A stretch of DNA of 63,143 bases, filler included, from Reticulomyxa filosa (GCA_000512085.1; 9 parts of 9 records of this genome joined end to end with filler, not necessarily neighbours in it); one strand, 5' to 3'. Shown: positions 14,500-27,286, numbered from the whole stretch's first letter. Translations and numbers: made by a program. The notes: generated by a model not told the origin, from the letters alone.

Positions 14500-16485
14500 T
14501 TAACCCAAAACTTGATAAATCCAAAAGTCACCTGGTTGAGAAAAGTCATATAAAAAATTAAACAAATACTGGAAATATAAAGGATCTTTTCCAACAAGAA
14601 TGGTCGTGGTATTGATGGACCCATGAATGCCGGTAAGTAAAACATAACTGGACAAATTCATGGTATTTGGCAATACACGTTGCATCAAGGCAACAACAAC
14701 ATAGAGATTGTTTCCATCGTTGAACATGTATTTGAATATCAAATCATGCAAATCTAAATTTTGAAACCGGCCGACAAAGACAATGCGTGGACTTAAGCGT
14801 TGGAAAACACTGGGATCGACAATGTCGTTGTTTGAGTTGTAAGCAGCTTGAGTTTGTAAGAAAGTGTTCAATTGAGAAGGAGTGTAATTGATGTCATACA
14901 TGGAAAAGCCCATGGATAAGGAAGTGACCAAGGAGCCATGAAGAGTGTCGTTACACAAGGTAAGAGAAGTGACACTGGTATTCAAAAGCATATTGCGATA
15001 AGAGTCATTGCATTGTTTGAACAAAGGGACACTGAAAAAGTTGAAAGTTTTGTTATTGTACAAGTTGACAGAGTCAAGAGTGCGAAGGACTTGTGTGGAA
15101 AACAAAGTGCGAACATGATTAATTTTGGTCGAGTTGTCACTGGCATTGGGCCAGACTCGATTGGTCAACAACAAGTAAACGAGATGTCTTTCTCGATCCA
15201 AACAAAACATGGTGCCGGTGAACCCGGTGTGCATTGCATCATTGCTATTAGCACCACTATGAAACCCATCTCCACACAAATTTCCAAAGCCCCGATCATT
15301 GGACGTCATATCATTGGAGTCGAAACCCAATGCCCGCGAGGACAAGTTATGTTGGAATTCGGTCAAAAACAAATGAGTCCATTGGGGGTCATACACCGAA
15401 CGTGGGGCCACATGGGGTGCTTGATAGCGGTAATCAAACTGATACGGGATGGCATAGTACGACGTATTCAGCAGATTCACAGACCATTGATACACATCAA
15501 AAATATCCGAAAACACGCCCGCATGCCCAAATATGCCGCCATTGGCAAATGCATTGGGGTCCTCCACCACGCCCTGCACAATCGCGTGTCGATATGAGGT
15601 GTCATTTTGAGTTGGGGCATATGCGTTTGCGACGATTGGGTCAGCTTGGTATGTGGGTACAAAGCCAGTGTTTTTAAGATGCTGTTTTTCAAATACGTTA
15701 ATTCTTACAAATGCTTCAAAATAACAAACCAATGGAATTGTGCTGTTGTTTGGACTTGCTCTTGTTGTTTCATCCAAATTCAACGTCAGACGACATTGAG
15801 GAAGCAAGTCGTTCGGCACGTCGACCAAGTCATGATCCCTCACAATTGTTCCAATCACATATGACAATGTCATAAACGATAGGTCACTGTATATCATTTC
15901 TGTCCCCGTCGCATATTGCAATGACTGATTCAACACGTTTGCGTAGATTTGATCATTACACGAAAATGACAATTGTGGCTGGCTTGTCTTTGTCTCGGGA
16001 CAACCAAATGCTTGTGTGGAATAAAACGGGTCTGGGTCCGGATAAAAACCCGCATTGTGAAGCAAACAGTTTAGTATACGTATGTTCTGCTTCCCATTGC
16101 TTTCAAATGATTCACCCAAATATTTGCTTACCGTGTCAAACACACTTATGTTCAACTCGCTATTGTATGACAGCAAATGCAACAGTCCGCTCGTTGTTGA
16201 CATCAATTTTGTCACTGATGCCATGTCAAACTTTGTACTCAGGCTCATTCCCGTGTTGTTCACTAACCCGTCGTCTTCCGCGTAAAACAATGTTCCGTTG
16301 CTGTATGCATACAGTATTGTCCCATTCGCGTCCCCTACCAGTGCCACGTAGCCTGGATACGTTTTGTCTTCTATCCCGTTATTCAACACAGCAGTAACTT
16401 GTGACCAATCAAAACCACTCACTGTGGAAACTATACAATAGGTCACAACTACTAAATATATACTATTCATGATTTCAGTCAACAT
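14500..16485 (-). CDS. Secreted beta-lactamase-family serine hydrolase (AmiE/YbbE-like) with C-terminal degenerate peptidase-C39-like domain
   Basis: Intronless 661-aa ORF; hydrophobic N-terminus; SxxK (ASVTK), LLHNAG, YSD, GVVEDPNA..GG..GHAGVFS, HTGFTGT, LLTNR; tail begins 'SVPLFKQC'. Confidence 0.88.
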   Translation of the reverse strand: MLTEIMNSIYLVVVTYCIVSTVSGFDWSQVTAVLNNGIEDKTYPGYVALVGDANGTILYAYSNGTLFYAEDDGLVNNTGMSLSTKFDMASVTKLMSTTSGLLHLLSYNSELNISVFDTVSKYLGESFESNGKQNIRILNCLLHNAGFYPDPDPFYSTQAFGCPETKTSQPQLSFSCNDQIYANVLNQSLQYATGTEMIYSDLSFMTLSYVIGTIVRDHDLVDVPNDLLPQCRLTLNLDETTRASPNNSTIPLVCYFEAFVRINVFEKQHLKNTGFVPTYQADPIVANAYAPTQNDTSYRHAIVQGVVEDPNAFANGGIFGHAGVFSDIFDVYQWSVNLLNTSYYAIPYQFDYRYQAPHVAPRSVYDPQWTHLFLTEFQHNLSSRALGFDSNDMTSNDRGFGNLCGDGFHSGANSNDAMHTGFTGTMFCLDRERHLVYLLLTNRVWPNASDNSTKINHVRTLFSTQVLRTLDSVNLYNNKTFNFFSVPLFKQCNDSYRNMLLNTSVTSLTLCNDTLHGSLVTSLSMGFSMYDINYTPSQLNTFLQTQAAYNSNNDIVDPSVFQRLSPRIVFVGRFQNLDLHDLIFKYMFNDGNNLYVVVALMQRVLPNTMNLSSYVLLTGIHGSINTTTILVGKDPLYFQYLFNFLYDFSQPGDFWIYQVLG

Positions 16486-16891
16486 TAAAAGACGCCTTTT
16501 TAAAAAAAAAAGAAAAAAAAGGCTTTAAATCTTGGCAAGCTTGCGCTTCTTTTTTTTTAAAAAAAAAATTATGTCTCGTTTTAATATAATTTACAACCTG
16601 TCAAATATTTCCTTGTCAGCTGAGCACTTTTAGATTATTGAAGTCTTTTCAAAAATTATTCGGTTGTATCTTTGGAAATAGCACTTCCAACTGATGGAAA
16701 TTCAATCTCACACCTTTTGTTGCTGATCTCACAAGTTGATGCCTTCAATTCTTTCCAATTTGATCAATAAATTAGTTTTTTGTTGTGACTGTTGGTTTAA
16801 GTCTCTCGTTCAAAAGGATTTTTATCAAAAAAAAGGTGACTTATTTCATTCCTCTTTAATCTTTTTATAGTGCAAAAAGGCTTTTGTGACC

Positions 16892-17352
16892 ATGTCAGGC
16901 GGTACGAGAGACGTAATCAAAACGACATCTGATGGCATTGTGTATTTGTCTATTCGAATAACCCCTCAGCAGCAAGTGGTCGACCTTCGCGTGTTTTATT
17001 TGAAAGTTAACTATGTGTTTTCCATTTAAATTAGTGTGAAAGAGAACTCGATACAAAATACGCCTTAAAAATGTATATTACAAAAATTGATGTGAACTAG
17101 TGCGTTCTCGCATTTATTTGCGTGTACGCATTCTTTTTGTTATACGGGTGGATGTGGATTGAAGCATTGGACGCATTGGGAGAGTCCTTGTTATGGGCCT
17201 ATTTTGGATGTTTCACAGCGTGCTGTTTAGGAGCTGGTGTGGCAATACAGCGAAGCATGAAAGCGCAAAAACGTGGTTGGTGGGCACCATATCATCCCCG
17301 TCGTGAAGAAAAAGATCCAAGAGGAAAATGCTGTGGTATTCAACTTTACTAA
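16892..17352 (+). CDS. Small two-exon membrane protein, unknown function
   Basis: MSGGTRDVIKTTSDG..VFYLK, GT-AG intron ending at 17100, then two hydrophobic segments and a basic, Cys-containing tail. Confidence 0.6.
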
Positions 17353-17747
17353 AAGAAAATTTTTTCAAGTTGATTAATGCTCTTTGCGTTTTAAATTACA
17401 ATATACCTTTTGTGCCACTTTCTTTTTTTTTTGTGAATGAAAGAACTTTTTTTTGCACATATCAAAAACGTCTGATGGAAAAAAAAACTAAACTGCAAAT
17501 GTTATTGTGGTTCTTCGTGAACTTTTTAAATTTTTCAAAAAAAAAAATCGCGTGTTACTTTTTTGCGCATTTTTGTGGATAACCAGGGAATGCAAAAACA
17601 TGCTGCAATTACACGAAACTTCTTAAAACAAATAAGTGCAAACAATTTTTATTTTTTTATAAAAACGAGACAACTTTTTGGACACAAAAACGGAAAAAGA
17701 CGGAAAGGGAAAGTTTGATCGGAATATTCAATCCTACCTAAACTGGA

Positions 17748-19231
17748 ATGGCTGACAACACTTCGTCTCTAGAAGTAGCAGGTTTAATCTGGGATAAGCT
17801 TCCGCAAAATGTGGTAAATGACATCTTTTCTTTTTTATTAGCTGATGCTCATTTGCCAGACGAGCTAGTACTCACGTGCAGATCATTTATGCTATCGACA
17901 TATCGTCACCCTCATTTTCCGGCTCGGTTTCACGTGCGCATTGATAACAAGATAAAATACGGAACCGCGTCCAACTTCCAGATCGGGACTGGAGTGACGC
18001 TGGCATCGAAAAGAAGCATATGCATTCCAAGTGTCGAACCGATTTTGACCCAAAGCGAACGTTTTCCGTTTGAAAACATGCTCGTTTGGAAAGTGACAGA
18101 CCACATTTCTATGGACTGTATCGCCCCAATATTCGCACAGGTCCACAGCAAAGTCAAATTCATGAGTTGGAATGATTGTCTGTTCTTGAGAAAGCCCGTA
18201 TCGCAAAAAGTTAACACAAGCACCGAAACTAAACATAATGAAGATCAACCCGATTCTGAGAGGTAGTGATATTTGCTTACTGTACTTTTTTTTTCTGTTT
18301 CTAAAAAAAAAACTCCTTTTTTTTTTAAAAAAAAAAGCTTCCCTCCGGTGTTCGAAAATTGCTTGCTGTTTTCGTTACTGGTGAAACATAATTGGAATAC
18401 GACTCAAGTGGACATTAGAGGCAAGTTTCCGGCATTGGTGTTTTTATCGTTAAATATTGAAGATGAAGTACATTTGGAATACGTCAATGAAGTTTTGAAA
18501 AGTGCTGGCAAGACGTTGAGGATGTGCTACTTGGAATTCAATATTCCCGGCAAAAGAGAGCAACAACTTTCTCCGACCGAATTGGCGACAGCCACATATC
18601 GTGTCGTCAAATTGCCACAGCACATTGAAATACTCTCCGTACATGTCCTCAGGTCCAACATGATCCGATTGGATCTAAGTGATTGTCGCCATTCTATTAA
18701 ACATGTATTGGATGATGTATTCTTTCTTTTTTTTTCTGCTCCTCTGCACAGCTGTCTGTTTTCTATATATTTATTATTGCTGTTGTTTCTTGTTGGTTGG
18801 AATTTTTTTTCTCCCCTCCCCTCTATCCAAAGTTAGTCTCTGTTGCGGGTGGCTGGAATCTGTTCAAAAGTATTTTTGAAGATGGAAAAGGGGCCAAAGG
18901 TCTTAAATTTTTGGTTATGAACGACGAAGAAGAACTATACAAATTACCTTGGTGGCTATTAGCGAGCCAAGGGGTGACCGATATACATACTCCTTGTCTT
19001 CCAAATTTTGCCAAAGCAATGAGCGGAGATAATACCACGTGCATCGGATCATGGCCCGATATAAACGAGCTCAAAGCTTGTATTGAGTCCAGTGTCGCCA
19101 GAAAGCTGTTGAGGGACATGAACTGTGAACAAAGAAGATACTGGTTATGGGGATTATGCTGGTATTTGCAGACCGACATACCTTTGCTGAAACAAGCAGA
19201 GGCTCACACAAAAAAAACAGATCTCTTGTAA
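17748..19231 (+). CDS. Hypothetical protein with N-terminal F-box-like motif (3 exons)
   Basis: 'WDKLPQNVVNDIFSFL' resembles an F-box; three consecutive ORFs joinable by GT-AG introns (first 18263..18337). Confidence 0.6.
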
Positions 19232-19457
19232 ATCTCTGTACTTCATATACATTCGCTTTGCAAATTGAGCACCAATCAAACTTGACGAAATACTACTGTT
19301 ATTTCACTGTATTGGCACGATCAAATTCAAATCTTTTTTAGAAGCTTGACACCATGAATAAACTTTTTTAAAAATTTCTATTAAATGTTTAATTTCACGG
19401 AGAAAATTGATCATCTTTATAATAATGGATATTCATTTTTTGAAAGCAGCACTGTAC

Positions 19458-20975
19458 TTAAAAAGACAAAAAATAAGTTCCAGCACTGTTCACGAAAGAA
19501 TTTTTAATATTTAAGGCTAAAAGTTTACAGTTGTTAAACAAAATTTGAGAAGTTTTTATTTCCTCAAGGATACAGCTTGAGGATGTTACACCTCTTCCTG
19601 TGAAAAAAAAAAAAATTAAATCTCCATAAGTGCCTTTGGAGACTAAGGATTTATCTTGCCGGATGACATTGCTGTCAACAACAAGTTTTTGATTGGCAGC
19701 ATCCCATTTCACAGTGAAGGGTTTGCGCAAGGATGAGGCAAACTCTTGAAGTTTTTGTTTGGCAGAATCGAAAGATTCAGCTATGTAATAAACAGGTTGA
19801 TATGTGGTGATTGGATATTCTTGTTGTGCAGCAGCAAAAGGGTCCCAGTCTCGAATTTCTGGTTTGTCACTCATAGCATATTCTATTTCTCCAAACGACG
19901 ACAATATGCCAGCGCCATAGACTTTGCGTTCTTTGGACTGAGGATTTTTGCGACACAAGCCAAACTCAACGGAAAACCAATAGCAGCGAGACAACGCCGT
20001 GATCTGTTCATCAGTCGCACCAATGCTAGCTAATCCAATTTCTTGTGAAAACCGAGCAAATTCAGGATCCGCAAATAACGGAGCATGGCCAACCAATTCA
20101 TGGACCAAATCCGGCTCAGGTGTGTAAAGCGGTTGAGCGGGATGGCGCAAATATTGAGTGCAAAAAAATGTATTAAACGCTAATCCGTTCAAAAAATGGC
20201 GAGCCGACAAAAGTCCCGCCGTTGGACGAAGACGAAAGCCTGTGCGTTCCTGAATGAACGTTGACACATCGGATAACTGAGGAATATTATCTTCTCGATA
20301 TCCGCAATGCTTTTGCATATCGTGCAACGCCGCCAAGTATTGGTCGCATGCATACTTTTCTACCAATGGCTGCAATTTATTCCAAATCACACTCCACGCA
20401 TCGGTTTCTGCTTTCGTGTACACGATCCGTTCCGGCTTGCTTCCGTATTGAAATGACGACGCAAAATCGGCTATCTGTTGTCGCCGCTGACGGTATTCCG
20501 GATCATTGAATCCTGGGTGCTCCGGGTTTTGCAAATCAATGCCCCCTTCCAATACCAACAGAGCTAATGAATTTACTTCTTCACTTGTTATTGGAAACCA
20601 TGGCACTAATCTCGGTGGAATTTGTCGTGCAAATAATGCCACGCTTTTCTTTTGCAATCCCGATATTATCTTCTCAATTCGCTTGTCTTCTGGACCTACG
20701 GCCATGTCCACGATAAAGTGTGTTGCATTAGAATTCACTCCATATGTACTCTCAATCTTTGTCATATCCACTTTGCTCTCTGTAAACACGGGCAAACATT
20801 CCGCAAGTGCGCCTGTCGAGTCCTTCGTTCCGAACAGTATCGTCGAACGAGGCCCGACACCTTTGTCAGCTGCCAATAATGAAACTTGAGATGACGGGGA
20901 GCCATGAATTTGAGCAAGGGATTGACTTAGATTGCGACGATGCAATGTGAAGAGCGAAAACCAACGAGACCTCAT
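19458..20975 (-). CDS. PAH: Phenylalanine 4-hydroxylase (ACT domain + biopterin-dependent catalytic domain)
   Basis: GALAECL..TKIES ACT motif, HPGFND, CTQYLRH..PLYTPEPD, HELVGH iron ligands, WFSVEFGL, YGAGILSSFGE; a small intron near 19600-19645 may shorten the C-terminus. Confidence 0.92.
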   Translation of the reverse strand: MRSRWFSLFTLHRRNLSQSLAQIHGSPSSQVSLLAADKGVGPRSTILFGTKDSTGALAECLPVFTESKVDMTKIESTYGVNSNATHFIVDMAVGPEDKRIEKIISGLQKKSVALFARQIPPRLVPWFPITSEEVNSLALLVLEGGIDLQNPEHPGFNDPEYRQRRQQIADFASSFQYGSKPERIVYTKAETDAWSVIWNKLQPLVEKYACDQYLAALHDMQKHCGYREDNIPQLSDVSTFIQERTGFRLRPTAGLLSARHFLNGLAFNTFFCTQYLRHPAQPLYTPEPDLVHELVGHAPLFADPEFARFSQEIGLASIGATDEQITALSRCYWFSVEFGLCRKNPQSKERKVYGAGILSSFGEIEYAMSDKPEIRDWDPFAAAQQEYPITTYQPVYYIAESFDSAKQKLQEFASSLRKPFTVKWDAANQKLVVDSNVIRQDKSLVSKGTYGDLIFFFFTGRGVTSSSCILEEIKTSQILFNNCKLLALNIKNSFVNSAGTYFLSF

Positions 20976-22113
20976 CACAACCTAAATATTATTATTGAGA
21001 GGAATATTCCCTACAAGCCTTTTACACAACCAGCTTAATACTTTAATGTTTATCAAACTGTCAACATAAACCGCATGATAAACCAGTTGTTGCATTCAAT
21101 AGTTAAGTTATGGTGCTCATTTCGCTACTAGATTATCGCTTTTTTGCGCAATAATTTTTTAAAAATTTTTCAAATGAGATGCATGATTAGTTTGGCACCA
21201 TCCACATGTTATATTATATTGAGAGACACAAGCGGAGTAAAATGCAGAGGACTCTTCGCTCAATATCGAATTTTTTTGTACTATTGCATCGTTTAAGTAA
21301 TCTTTTTGCTATAACTAATCTAATATTGATTCTGCTACGCTTTTTACTTCTGCTCCTCTTGCGTGCTCCTTTCACAAAAAAAGCTCATGCAATTTCGAAA
21401 AATAAATTATTCGGCAGAAATTCATAATTGTGAAATCTGTATTTTGTAAGTCCCAACAATTTTGTGCTTTGATTATGTAATATAGTTTTGTATTTTACTA
21501 CGTCTTGTTTTTGCGCGTGTTTGGCCACTGCTTTGCACGTTTTAGTGGTTTGTTAAATTTAAGTCTTATTGTTTGATCTAAAAATGTCAAACGTACTGTA
21601 TGTTTTATCATGCAGAGTATATCAATCATTTTTGAATATAAGGGATTATCATGTATCAATCTAACTACTTATCAGTGTGAACGACCCTAAATGTAATACG
21701 TCAGTATTCCAGCAGTCAAAACAGACATATTGACTGAAATGTTCGTGTCAAAAGAAAAGTAAATTGAAGCATGAGAAAATCAAACATATTAGCACGAAAT
21801 AAAACAAAATGAAGAAAGAATTAGTTGCGAAATTGTTGTTTGAGGGAACGATAAAGTTCACTACGATGTGTGTCTAGTAAATAGAAATTTCGTTTTGTCT
21901 GTTTGCTAACTAATCAAAATACATAAACTAGTGCTTTCATGTGGTAGGTTTAATGTTGAGTGTTCATGTTCGTCCGTTTTGGAGTTTTTTTAAAAAAGCG
22001 TTGCTTAAGTACTTTTGCAATAACGATAAGTACTGCCCGATTCGATAAGAGAAAGTGCGTTAGTTTTGTTATGAACAACACAGGATGTTGAATCCCGTAT
22101 AAAAGTCAAACTG

Positions 22114-22213
22114 NNNNNNNNNNNNNNNNNNNNNNNNNNNNNNNNNNNNNNNNNNNNTTAATTAATTAANNNNNNNNNNNNNNNNNNNNNNNNNNNNNNN
22201 NNNNNNNNNNNNN
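22114..22213. other. Artificial contig linker
   Basis: 44 N + TTAATTAATTAA + 44 N; identical linkers at 35506..35605, 41490..41589, 42908..43007, 45645..45744, 47738..47837, 50160..50259, 58731..58830. Confidence 0.98.
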
Positions 22214-22251
<38 letters not shown>

Positions 22252-22252
<1 letters not shown>

Positions 22253-22620
22253 AACTGCAATTGCTGACACTTGGAAACTTTTGGTGCCAACCTCAAATCG
22301 AAGTTGTATGGAAAGTCGTGGAACCCTACGCGTTTGTTGCCAACTCTGCCGACTCGACTGATATGTCGCTGACAGATAGTCCGAGCGTGAGCAGACGCAA
22401 TAGCCACGAGCGCATGCAAATCGAAATCAAACAAGCGAAAATGGAGGAGAGACATAGACCCACTCTCAATGTTATCTTTTCCAATCACCCGACTTCAGAT
22501 GAAGATGCTAGTCTGGACATCGATGTGGATGCAAACGAATTCGATGAAAATCCGATGGCCAATATTCAGCTGCCTGTGTGTCACGATTCTACAGTATCCA
22601 ATCAACCTAGTCAATACACA
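22252..22620 (+). CDS. Internal exon of an unidentified protein (gene cut by contig start)
   Basis: Open frame with coding-like composition between a poly-A acceptor and a GT/poly-T donor. Confidence 0.45.
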
Positions 22621-23262
22621 GTTTTGACCTTTTTTTTTGTTTTTTGTTGCTTTATTTTGTGACACTTTTTTTTTTTTTTTTGCACAGCCGCCAATTCGTC
22701 CTTGCTATGCTCAATTCTAAATATTTGTGTATCTTTAAAATTTTGCTCCTGCAAAATTTTTTTCTTTCCCGATTTGCCTTTGTTTATTGTTTATGTGCAT
22801 ATTCGATTGTTACCTTGGTTTTGTTTTGTTTTTCTCTGTCTTTTTTCCTTTTTTATTTTTTATTTTTTGTTTCATTTGGTTGTGTTATTCGCGTTTTATT
22901 TTCAGTAGTTGTCTTTGAGCCGGAAAAAAATAAATAATATATATACGCGTATACACATACCAAACAGCCATACCAAACTCACACAATAAATGTTGGTAAA
23001 TACTTTTTTTTTGCATGTGTTGTTGGGTTTGACGAAGAGCGTGATTAGTGTGCTTAAAGTGTAGTCTTATTGTGTAAGATTGATTCAATTGTTATTGAAG
23101 GTCAAAGTTTTGTTCAATTAATAAAAACATAAGTTCAAACTTTGATTGTTACATTTTCTTGCTATTCATTTGAGCCTTTTTTTCCAGGAAGGTCCCTTTT
23201 TTGATTAGTTCAGCAGGTTGTATTTTTGACATCAACCGTTTCAATATATTTAAAAATCAGCC

Positions 23263-23924
23263 ATGTCCAAAAGAGGTGAGACATCTGCAATGTTTTCCGC
23301 ACTCTTTTGAATCATTGTCAGCAACATTGGACATTTTCCCTTAACGCAAACAAAACAAATAAAAATAAAAAAAATCAACGTTAAAATGTAACAGGAAGAA
23401 GCGGCACTCGAGGCGCTAAGTTCAAAGTGTCATGCGGTTTACCAGCTGGTGCATTGTTAAACTGTGCTGACAACAGTGGCGCTAAAAATCTGAATTTATT
23501 TGCGGTGAAAGGCTGGCAAGGAAGACTTGCTCGCATTCCCAAAGGAAGTGTGGGCGACATGTTCCTTTGCAGTGTGAAAAAAGGAAAACCTGATCTCAGA
23601 AGAAAAGGTTTGGCGTGAACAATACCCCTAAAACTGATAAACTAGACTTATGAGGAGAAAAGAGGAAAAATACAACTGCGATTATCCGCAAAATAATTTT
23701 TTTAATTGTATTTTATTTGTGTGACAGTGATGATGGCAGTTATCGTAAGACAAAGAAAAATTTGGCGAAGAAAAGATGGAACTTGGATATACTTTGAAGA
23801 CAATGCAGGCTGCATTGTTAACGAAAAGGGAGAAATGAAAGGATCAGCTATCACTGGGCCTGTTGCAAAAGAATGTGCCGAATTATGGCCCAAAATTGCT
23901 GCCAAAGCTCCTTCTGTGTTTTAA
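23263..23924 (+). CDS. RPL23: 60S ribosomal protein uL14 (L23), 3 exons
   Basis: MSKRG|[42 protein letters not shown]|[29 protein letters not shown]. Confidence 0.97.
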
Positions 23925-24430
23925 AAGCCCGTGAGGTGTATCCACAATCTTTTCGTTGTTTCATGCACCATTTTTTTTTTTGTATTAACATCTTTGGATT
24001 TCCCTCATTAAATGATGTTTGTATGAGAATCCAAATAGTTTGAACACAGCCATTACAAAAAAAAACACTTGTGTGTGCTTCCCTTCAAAAAAAAAACTTC
24101 AAATGAGAATGTACGGTTTTGGACTGTGCGTTGTTTTGTATGAAGGGGAGTCTTTTTTGCTTTCGTCTTGCAATCAAATGGGCGAATATGAAATGTGTTC
24201 TTTAAAACTCTCAAAAAAATTCCTTCACAAAATTCTTGGAAACGCTTGATTCCAATTCTTGTTAAAATTGGAAAGGTTGAAATGAAACGTAACATTTCAA
24301 TTTTTGATGAATATTCTCAATTAACAAAAATAAAATCTTCAAATCGACCAATTATAAGAAAAACACAAAAAATTGAATTAAATAAATTTGAAACAAACAA
24401 TATACAAGAGAAAAATAATTGATGGTCCGG

Positions 24431-25430
24431 CTAGTTTGAGGCTGGTCCAAAAGCGCGTTGAAAAGTTTTGGTTGTATCAGCATTTGGAAATTTGGCCAGC
24501 CACATGGAAAAGCCTTGACAACCATTTTCTTGTGCAATGGTGGCATCAAAAGCAGACCATTGGCAATGGAAAGACGGTTTTTCAGTAACAACAATATCTT
24601 TTCCAACATTTTGATTGAGTCGTAATTTGCCAGTCAAATTTTCTCTACAAATCATTCTCAATCGTCCAGTTGTATTGCTTTTCCACAATTCAATAACACT
24701 TTCTATAGCACGTGTTTTCCATCCTTGCTCACCGGTTGTGTCTTTGCTCCATCGATATAATTTTTTCACTGAACTATTTTTTTTTTTAATTTTTGTTAAC
24801 TTTTAATTTTATAAAATAATAATAATAAAAAAATTTCACTAAACAATTGATGGATTTGAGTTTCATCTTCAGTACCACTTGAGACTTGTGTTTGTTCAGT
24901 CAAATGAATAATCGGTTTGAGATTGTAATCCACACAATTTTCTTCAACATTATCATGCTCATCGTGTTTATCGTGTTCAGTTTCAAGTTTACTTTCGTCT
25001 TGTTTATTGTTTTTCACGTTGTCATGTGGGTTCACATTTTCCTTTGTTACAGCGTCCCATTCACTACTACACCATATGTCATTTAAATTTATACCGTCTT
25101 TTTTAGGAAAGCTGCTCTTCGTTTCATTTGTTTTGTCCTCTTTGCCTATTTGTTTTTTTCAATTAATACGGAATGTTTTGTTTTTCCAAAGAAAAACAAA
25201 ATGTGAATATAAGTGTCTATGGCTCAACTCGGAGATGACACACTAAATTTTGAAAAGGACCGGAATAATTGATTTTCAATTTCACTGTGATTGGAGTCAT
25301 TTGATTTCACTGCAGACTTTGGTGCAGGTGAACATGGAACGATGTCAGGAACTTCAAGGCTGTATTTTTTTAATGAGACACAAAAACAATAAGAGTCTGT
25401 TTTTAAATAATATCCATTCCCACTTAACAA
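24431..25430 (-). CDS. RanBP1 (Ran-binding) domain protein, multi-exon; 5' end uncertain, possibly 25694
   Basis: 'KPIIHL..VSSGTEDE..KKLYRW..WKTR..RLRMICRE..TGKLRLNQ..WSAFD' matches RanBD; intron 24774..24844. Confidence 0.8.
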
Positions 25431-26050
25431 CGCTTCAATTTTTTGCTTGTTCTAGCGAGTTATAACGAGGGACCAATTTTGGAAAAAAAATTGTCTTCTC
25501 TGTCAAATGCCCGTTGACTGTCACTCGTTTCATCATTGTACCTTTTCATCTTTTTCTTTTTTTTTTGGTGACACTCTTTTATATTAAGAAGTACTATAAA
25601 AAAAAAGGAGTGTTTTTGCACAAATCACTCTTCATAATACATTTGCAGTCCCAAATTCTTCATCTTGGGTTGGTCTTCTTTTTGAATTTTTCATTGTAAA
25701 TTTGTTTGCTTGGCTCTTTAGCTGAGAAACGGCAGCAATATATTTTGGCCCCTTTTTTTTTGGTCAGGCCTTTTTTTATAAGCTTCTTGTGACGGCAACA
25801 TGAGATCTATGCACAAATTTTTTGTATTGTTGCATTTTTTGTGATTGTTCACAATTTTCATACTAAATTGAAAAATCATCTATTGTATTGTCGATTTACA
25901 AGATAAATGCTAATAACTTAAGAGTTCTAAAAAAATTGTTACTAGTTTAGAAGTATGTTTGTTTTGACTTATCGTTTGACTCAGTCCAAAAAAATTTGGT
26001 AAGAAATTTAAAGCAAATCAATACATTTCAATTATTTATTTTTCTCTATT

Positions 26051-27286
26051 CTAGCGGAGATCACCCCATAGCCGAACAGTTTTGTCCCAAGAGGAAGACA
26101 CAATAGAGTATCCATCTAACGAAAATTGTGCGCTAGTGATCTTATCACTGTGATCTTCCAATCTTTGTATCTCTTTCCCTGATTTGATATCCCATATTCG
26201 AATAGTATTGTCCCAAGAAGTGGACAGGATGGTAGCACCATCAGGTGAAAATTGGACACTCGTAACCTTATCCGAATGCCCAACGAATCTCTTCAATTCT
26301 TTACCTGACGACACATCCCAAATTCGAATTGTTTTGTCAAATGAACATGATACAATTGTGCGACAGTCTGGAGAAAATTGTACCTTTGTAATTCTCCCAG
26401 AATGTCCTTTCCATTCTGTTGTCCTTGTGCCATGGATTAGATCAATTAATTGAATTCTGTTATCAGCAGAACAAAAGAGTATAGAATTTCCATCGGATGA
26501 AAGTTGCATTGCATTACAATGTAAAATTGGGTTACATTTGATACTATCTCTTCCTGATTCTACATTCCAAATTCGAATGGTTCTGTCTCCAGAGCATGAC
26601 ACGATTAATGTTTCATCTGGTAAAAATTGGGCTCCCACAATATACATGGAATGTCCTTCAAATTTTTTTATTTCTCTTCCTGATACCACTTCCCATAACC
26701 GAATTGTTTTATCAAAAGAACAAGACAAAATTTTTTTGCAATCTGATGAAAAATTCACTTCTGTTACAAGGCCAGAGTGTCCTGTTAATACTTGAATCTC
26801 TGTTCCTAGTGCTATGTCCCATAGTCGGATTGTTTCATCACTGGAGCACGATACAATCATTCGATTATCTGATGAAAATTTTGCATTAAGTACTGCTTTA
26901 AGATGGCCTTCAAATACTCTTGCTATTCCGAAATACTTAATCTATTGTTATATGTGTGACCAGAAAAAAACAAACAAAACAAAAAAATAAGTAAGCGAAT
27001 CAAACAATTTCTGCCTTACTCAACGTATTTCGAGATGATTTGGTTAAACTCATTAATCCATCCCCAATCGATTTCGGCTGAACAAAGCCAATTTTCGATA
27101 ACAATTTTTATGTTTTCCTCTGACTTAATATTTGTGCAAACATTTGTACATTATCTAAAAAGAAAAAAAGTGATGTTTATACAAACACTCAACAATCACA
27201 GCAAACTTTGTTGTTAGCGATCGCCTTTGATCATCGGTTGATGATTGACTCTTTTCAATTTGATTAGATGCTTCTTGATTGTTCAT
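26051..27286 (-). CDS. WD40-repeat protein (second subfamily), 3 exons
   Basis: Exon 2 'IKIVIENW..WGWINEFNQIISKY'; about seven repeats GHS..V..FSPD..IVSCS.DKTIRIWD (ORF 26051..26860). Confidence 0.9.

Noticed and set aside
8811-20975. SDR + prolyl oligopeptidase + serine hydrolase + hydroxylase as a biosynthetic (RiPP-like) cluster
   Set aside because: No precursor peptide or repeated core seen, mixed orientations and predicted compartments; each gene has an ordinary stand-alone role
23608-23728. Possible C/D snoRNA in RPL23 intron 2 (CTGA then ATGAGGA)
   Set aside because: No convincing terminal C and D boxes or closing stem; rRNA complementarity could not be verified
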